Source of the DNA: a virus
Lineage: Duplodnaviria > Caudoviricetes
Length of the DNA: 28,100 nucleotides
IMG/VR virus record: IMGVR_UViG_3300020045_007027
Location: 1 to 28,100 of that record
Reading direction: 5' to 3' (one strand)
A program made the translations under genes and the position numbers. Below, one piece after another: positions 25,157 to 28,100 of the stretch (the first letter of the stretch is position 1; each line of letters starts with the position of its first letter). Below the pieces are notes generated by a model. It was not told the DNA's origin. It saw nothing but the letters and a program-made list of their open reading frames with translations, and searched no databases.

Positions 25157-25585
25157 ATGGCAAAGAATAAATACATAGAAACTCCTGAAAGGATGTGGGA
25201 GCTTTTTCAAGGCTACAAAACACACGTTAAATCAAATCCAATAATAGTTAAAGATTGGGTTGGAAAAGATGCTGTTGATGTTTACAGAGAAAAAGAACGC
25301 CCTTTACTTATGGTTGGTTTTGAATGTTATTGTATGGAACATACGGAAATAACCTATCCAGATTTGACTGATTACTTTGAGAATAAAGATAATAGGTTCG
25401 AGGCTTATCTCCCTATCACATCGCGTATAAAGAACGAAATAAAAGCCGACCAGATTTCAGGAGGTATGACAATGATATACAGCCAAAACCTAACGGCTCG
25501 TTTAAATGGATTGGTAGACAAAAAAGAAACAGAACACAAAGGCGGTCTGAACATTCCAAATCTTCCCGATATTGGAAACCGATAA
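25157..25585 (+). CDS. terS: Terminase small subunit
   Basis: YIETPERMWELF..Y...ARLNGL.DK pattern (P22 gp3-like); directly upstream of terL. Confidence 0.8.
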   Translation: MAKNKYIETPERMWELFQGYKTHVKSNPIIVKDWVGKDAVDVYREKERPLLMVGFECYCMEHTEITYPDLTDYFENKDNRFEAYLPITSRIKNEIKADQISGGMTMIYSQNLTARLNGLVDKKETEHKGGLNIPNLPDIGNR

Positions 25586-26798
25586 CAAATATAAATACAC
25601 TAAAGCCTACTTCAAGATTTTAGATTTGATAACGTCCAACCCAAAGGAGGACGTTTTTGTTATTAGGGGAGGACAGGGTGCGTCAAAGACAATATCAATA
25701 CTTCAGTTGATTATACAGGCTTTACTATCATCTGAAAAGGAAGTGAGCGTTTTATCTTCTGAGCTGTCAAAAATGAAGCGTACAGTAGTAAGGGACTATA
25801 AAAAGATTTGTAAAGACTGGGGAGTGTTTAAAACTGCCACAGACTTCAATAAAGCTGAAAGTAAACACGAATACGAAAACGATAGTTACATTGATTTCTT
25901 GGGTGCTGACGTTGCCGATGTGGGTAAGGGATTCAGAAGGGATATTCTTTATATCAATGAAGCTGATAAGATGGAAATTGATACGGCAGTTCAATTCATT
26001 TCCCGTGCCGGATTAACGATAATCGATTACAACCCAGATTCCTTATTTTGGGGCGATGAATACATTAACGAAAACAATTTCATCACTCTTACGTTTGAAG
26101 ATAACGAATACTTATCTGAAAGCGAGTTACGTTCAATATTAGATTATAAGACAAAAGGATTTTATAATCCAGACTTGCCGTTTGAATTACTATTCAAAGA
26201 AGAAAACATCAAGAATAAATATTGGGCAAACAAATGGAAAGTTTACGGACTTGGAATGATTGGCGCGTTGGATGGTGTTGTTTATTCCAATTGGAGTGAA
26301 GTAGACGAAATTCCAGATGGTTCGAGATTATTGGGTTATGGATTGGATTTTGGCTATACAAATGATCCAACGGCAATAATTGAGGTTTACAAATACAACG
26401 ACCAAAGAGTTCTAAATGAGATTTGTTATGAGCGCGGACTTAGCAATAAGAAGATAGCCGAAAAGATAACAACACGTTTGCCTGTTTGGTGTGATAGTGC
26501 AGAGCCAAAAAGTATTGACGAATTGAGGGATTTAAAGATTAATGCTGATGGTGTAACGAAAGGAACAGATAGCATTGATTATGGTATTCAGATTGTGCAA
26601 GGGCAAAGCTACTTAGTAACTAAGTCCTCTAAAAACCTTATCGATGAGTTCCAGAAATATACTTGGGCAAAGGATAAGAAAACAAATGAATCGTTAAACA
26701 AACCTATTGAAAAGTTTAATCACGCCATGGATGCTGTAAGGTATCACGAAATGGAAACATTAGGATTGGGCAGAGGAAACAAACCCGACATTAGGTAA
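25572..26798 (+). CDS. terL: Terminase large subunit (PBSX-like)
   Basis: Walker A GGQGASKT, Walker B ILYINEA, DYNP, nuclease GLDFGY.NDPTA, DSAEPKSI, NHAMDAVRY; TTG start. Confidence 0.93.
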   Translation: METDNKYKYTKAYFKILDLITSNPKEDVFVIRGGQGASKTISILQLIIQALLSSEKEVSVLSSELSKMKRTVVRDYKKICKDWGVFKTATDFNKAESKHEYENDSYIDFLGADVADVGKGFRRDILYINEADKMEIDTAVQFISRAGLTIIDYNPDSLFWGDEYINENNFITLTFEDNEYLSESELRSILDYKTKGFYNPDLPFELLFKEENIKNKYWANKWKVYGLGMIGALDGVVYSNWSEVDEIPDGSRLLGYGLDFGYTNDPTAIIEVYKYNDQRVLNEICYERGLSNKKIAEKITTRLPVWCDSAEPKSIDELRDLKINADGVTKGTDSIDYGIQIVQGQSYLVTKSSKNLIDEFQKYTWAKDKKTNESLNKPIEKFNHAMDAVRYHEMETLGLGRGNKPDIR

Positions 26799-26827
26799 CA
26801 AAACCACTATTTAAAAGTTATACATTT
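26795..26827 (+). promoter_or_regulatory. Putative phage late (ECF-sigma-like) promoter, copy 2
   Basis: GTAACAAA-N6-ATTTAAAAGTTATA-N5-ATG(26828). Confidence 0.7.
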
Positions 26828-27451
26828 ATGAATCAAATTGTCAAACTTCCAGAAAACGCAAAGGATATAACTTTGTATCAATATCAAAGACTTGTTGAGT
26901 TATTGGCAAGAACTGATTTAGATACTCACAACTTTGAAAACAGGAAGCTACATTTATTTACTGGATTAAAGATTTCCGAGATTGATTTGATTAGTCAAAT
27001 GGACAGAGAAGAAATGCTTAATCAAATTGAAATCGCTTTGAATGAGCCTTATGCATTTCAACAAAGGTTTTTCATTGGTGATATTGAATTTGGTTTCATT
27101 CCTAATTTTGACAAAGATAAATTGTCATTTAAGGAATATACTAACCTTACTCTTTATGGGGAGAAAGTAGAAACATTGAATAATCTAATGGCGATATTAT
27201 TCAGACCGATAAAAAGCAAAGACGCATTAGGAAACTATTCTATTGAGCCATACGAAGGGACAGAGCAATGGGCGGAGGTAATGAAACTAACTCCAATGAA
27301 TGTAGTAAACGGCGCACTGTTTTTTTTTGCGAATTTATCAAACGAATTACTGAGTTATATCCAGAGATTTACGGAGGCGGAACGAGCGAAGGGAAACCAG
27401 GAATTGAATACTTTGAAAAATGGGGATGGTATGCAACTATCGACAGATTAG
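26828..27451 (+). CDS. Putative tail assembly chaperone (zero-frame product)
   Basis: Contains GALFFF slippery site with an overlapping -1 ORF. Confidence 0.65.
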   Translation: MNQIVKLPENAKDITLYQYQRLVELLARTDLDTHNFENRKLHLFTGLKISEIDLISQMDREEMLNQIEIALNEPYAFQQRFFIGDIEFGFIPNFDKDKLSFKEYTNLTLYGEKVETLNNLMAILFRPIKSKDALGNYSIEPYEGTEQWAEVMKLTPMNVVNGALFFFANLSNELLSYIQRFTEAERAKGNQELNTLKNGDGMQLSTD

Positions 27452-27594
27452 CAAAGGGTAAGATTTGGAAACACGATATTGTTTTGCAAAAGAATGTTCA
27501 CGAAATTCATATATTCTTAGCTCACGACATCGACAAACAGAAATACAAGGCGCAGATAATGAAACCGAAATCAGATAAAGATATACAATTATAA
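27320..27594 (+). CDS. -1 frameshift extension of the tail assembly chaperone
   Basis: T9 run at 27320-27328. The -1 frame reads FFCEFIKRITELYPEIY...KWGWYATIDRLA and ends coupled to ATG 27594. Confidence 0.7.
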
Positions 27595-28061
27595 TGAACC
27601 ACTACACGCAACTACTCTACTACATAAAACAATTAGCTGAAGCTGATGTATTGGTTAATACAGTTACGCAAGGGGACTTCGAGCGTTTGGATTTAGATAA
27701 GAAAAACATCTTTAACCTTGTGCATATTTTTATAAGTCAGGCGCAATTCACAAACGGAAACACGGTTAACTTTTCGGTTCAGATTGGAGCGTTTGGAATT
27801 AGGGACATTAATAAAGAGATTGTAACAGATAAGTTCTGGCTTCAGGATAATGAAGTTGACAATATGAACACAACCTTAGCAATACTGAATCGTATTTGGT
27901 TAAAGATGTTTACTGACTTTGAAAAGAATAATATCACAGCGAGTGAAAACCCAACGTTAGAACCTCAGTTATTTACACGTGCTAATTTATTAGACGGATG
28001 GATAATGACATTTGATGTTGAAATGCCTAACACAATAATCAATCTTTGTGAACCAGAATGA
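27594..28061 (+). CDS. Putative tail completion/terminator protein
   Basis: 155 aa, VNTVTQGD...LVHI...LDGW pattern; position in tail module. Confidence 0.55.
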   Translation: MNHYTQLLYYIKQLAEADVLVNTVTQGDFERLDLDKKNIFNLVHIFISQAQFTNGNTVNFSVQIGAFGIRDINKEIVTDKFWLQDNEVDNMNTTLAILNRIWLKMFTDFEKNNITASENPTLEPQLFTRANLLDGWIMTFDVEMPNTIINLCEPE

Positions 28062-28100
28062 AACATATAATTCGTTAGATAAGTTTGGCAAGTTCATTGT
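28048..28100 (+). CDS. 5' end of next gene (partial)
   Basis: GTG start, open to the window end: MNQNETYNSLDKFGKFI. Confidence 0.4.
   Translation, partial: MNQNETYNSLDKFGKFI

Noticed and set aside
1-28100. CRISPR array, DGR, retron, IS element or stop-codon recoding
   Set aside because: No spaced direct repeats, reverse transcriptase or transposase seen. TAA, TAG and TGA all end well-formed genes.

Overview
About 28 kb of a tailed dsDNA phage (probably siphovirus-like) of a Bacteroidota host, probably Flavobacteriia. Host evidence: AT-rich sequence, A-rich translation starts without Shine-Dalgarno sequences, and TAnnTTTG promoters. The left arm (+ strand, 92-7372) holds the end of a structural gene, portal, head-tail adaptor, a paralogue of that first structural gene, tail fibre and a lysis cassette with a CHAP endolysin. 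The middle (- strand, 7426-23148) is one long early/replication operon: many small hypothetical genes, YopX, ASCH, AAA_25-like ATPase, replication-initiator-like gene, DNA methyltransferase, NinG, SSB, exonuclease and RecT. The right arm (+ strand, 23589-end) holds an ECF-type sigma factor, a lipoprotein, small and large terminase, a frameshifting tail chaperone and tail genes. No integrase or CI-like repressor is recognisable in the window. The most interesting signals are non-coding: (i) a 116-nt tRNA-Leu-like scaffold with a non-canonical anticodon arm and a 46-nt insert at the head of the early operon; (ii) a promoter-to-terminator sRNA antisense within the lysis region; (iii) an attenuator/pseudoknot-like leader before the replication gene, whose 5' end is complementary to the 5' end of that sRNA; (iv) two identically spaced ECF-like late promoters that predict leaderless mRNAs. 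Protein calls come from motif recognition and synteny only; no database search was run.
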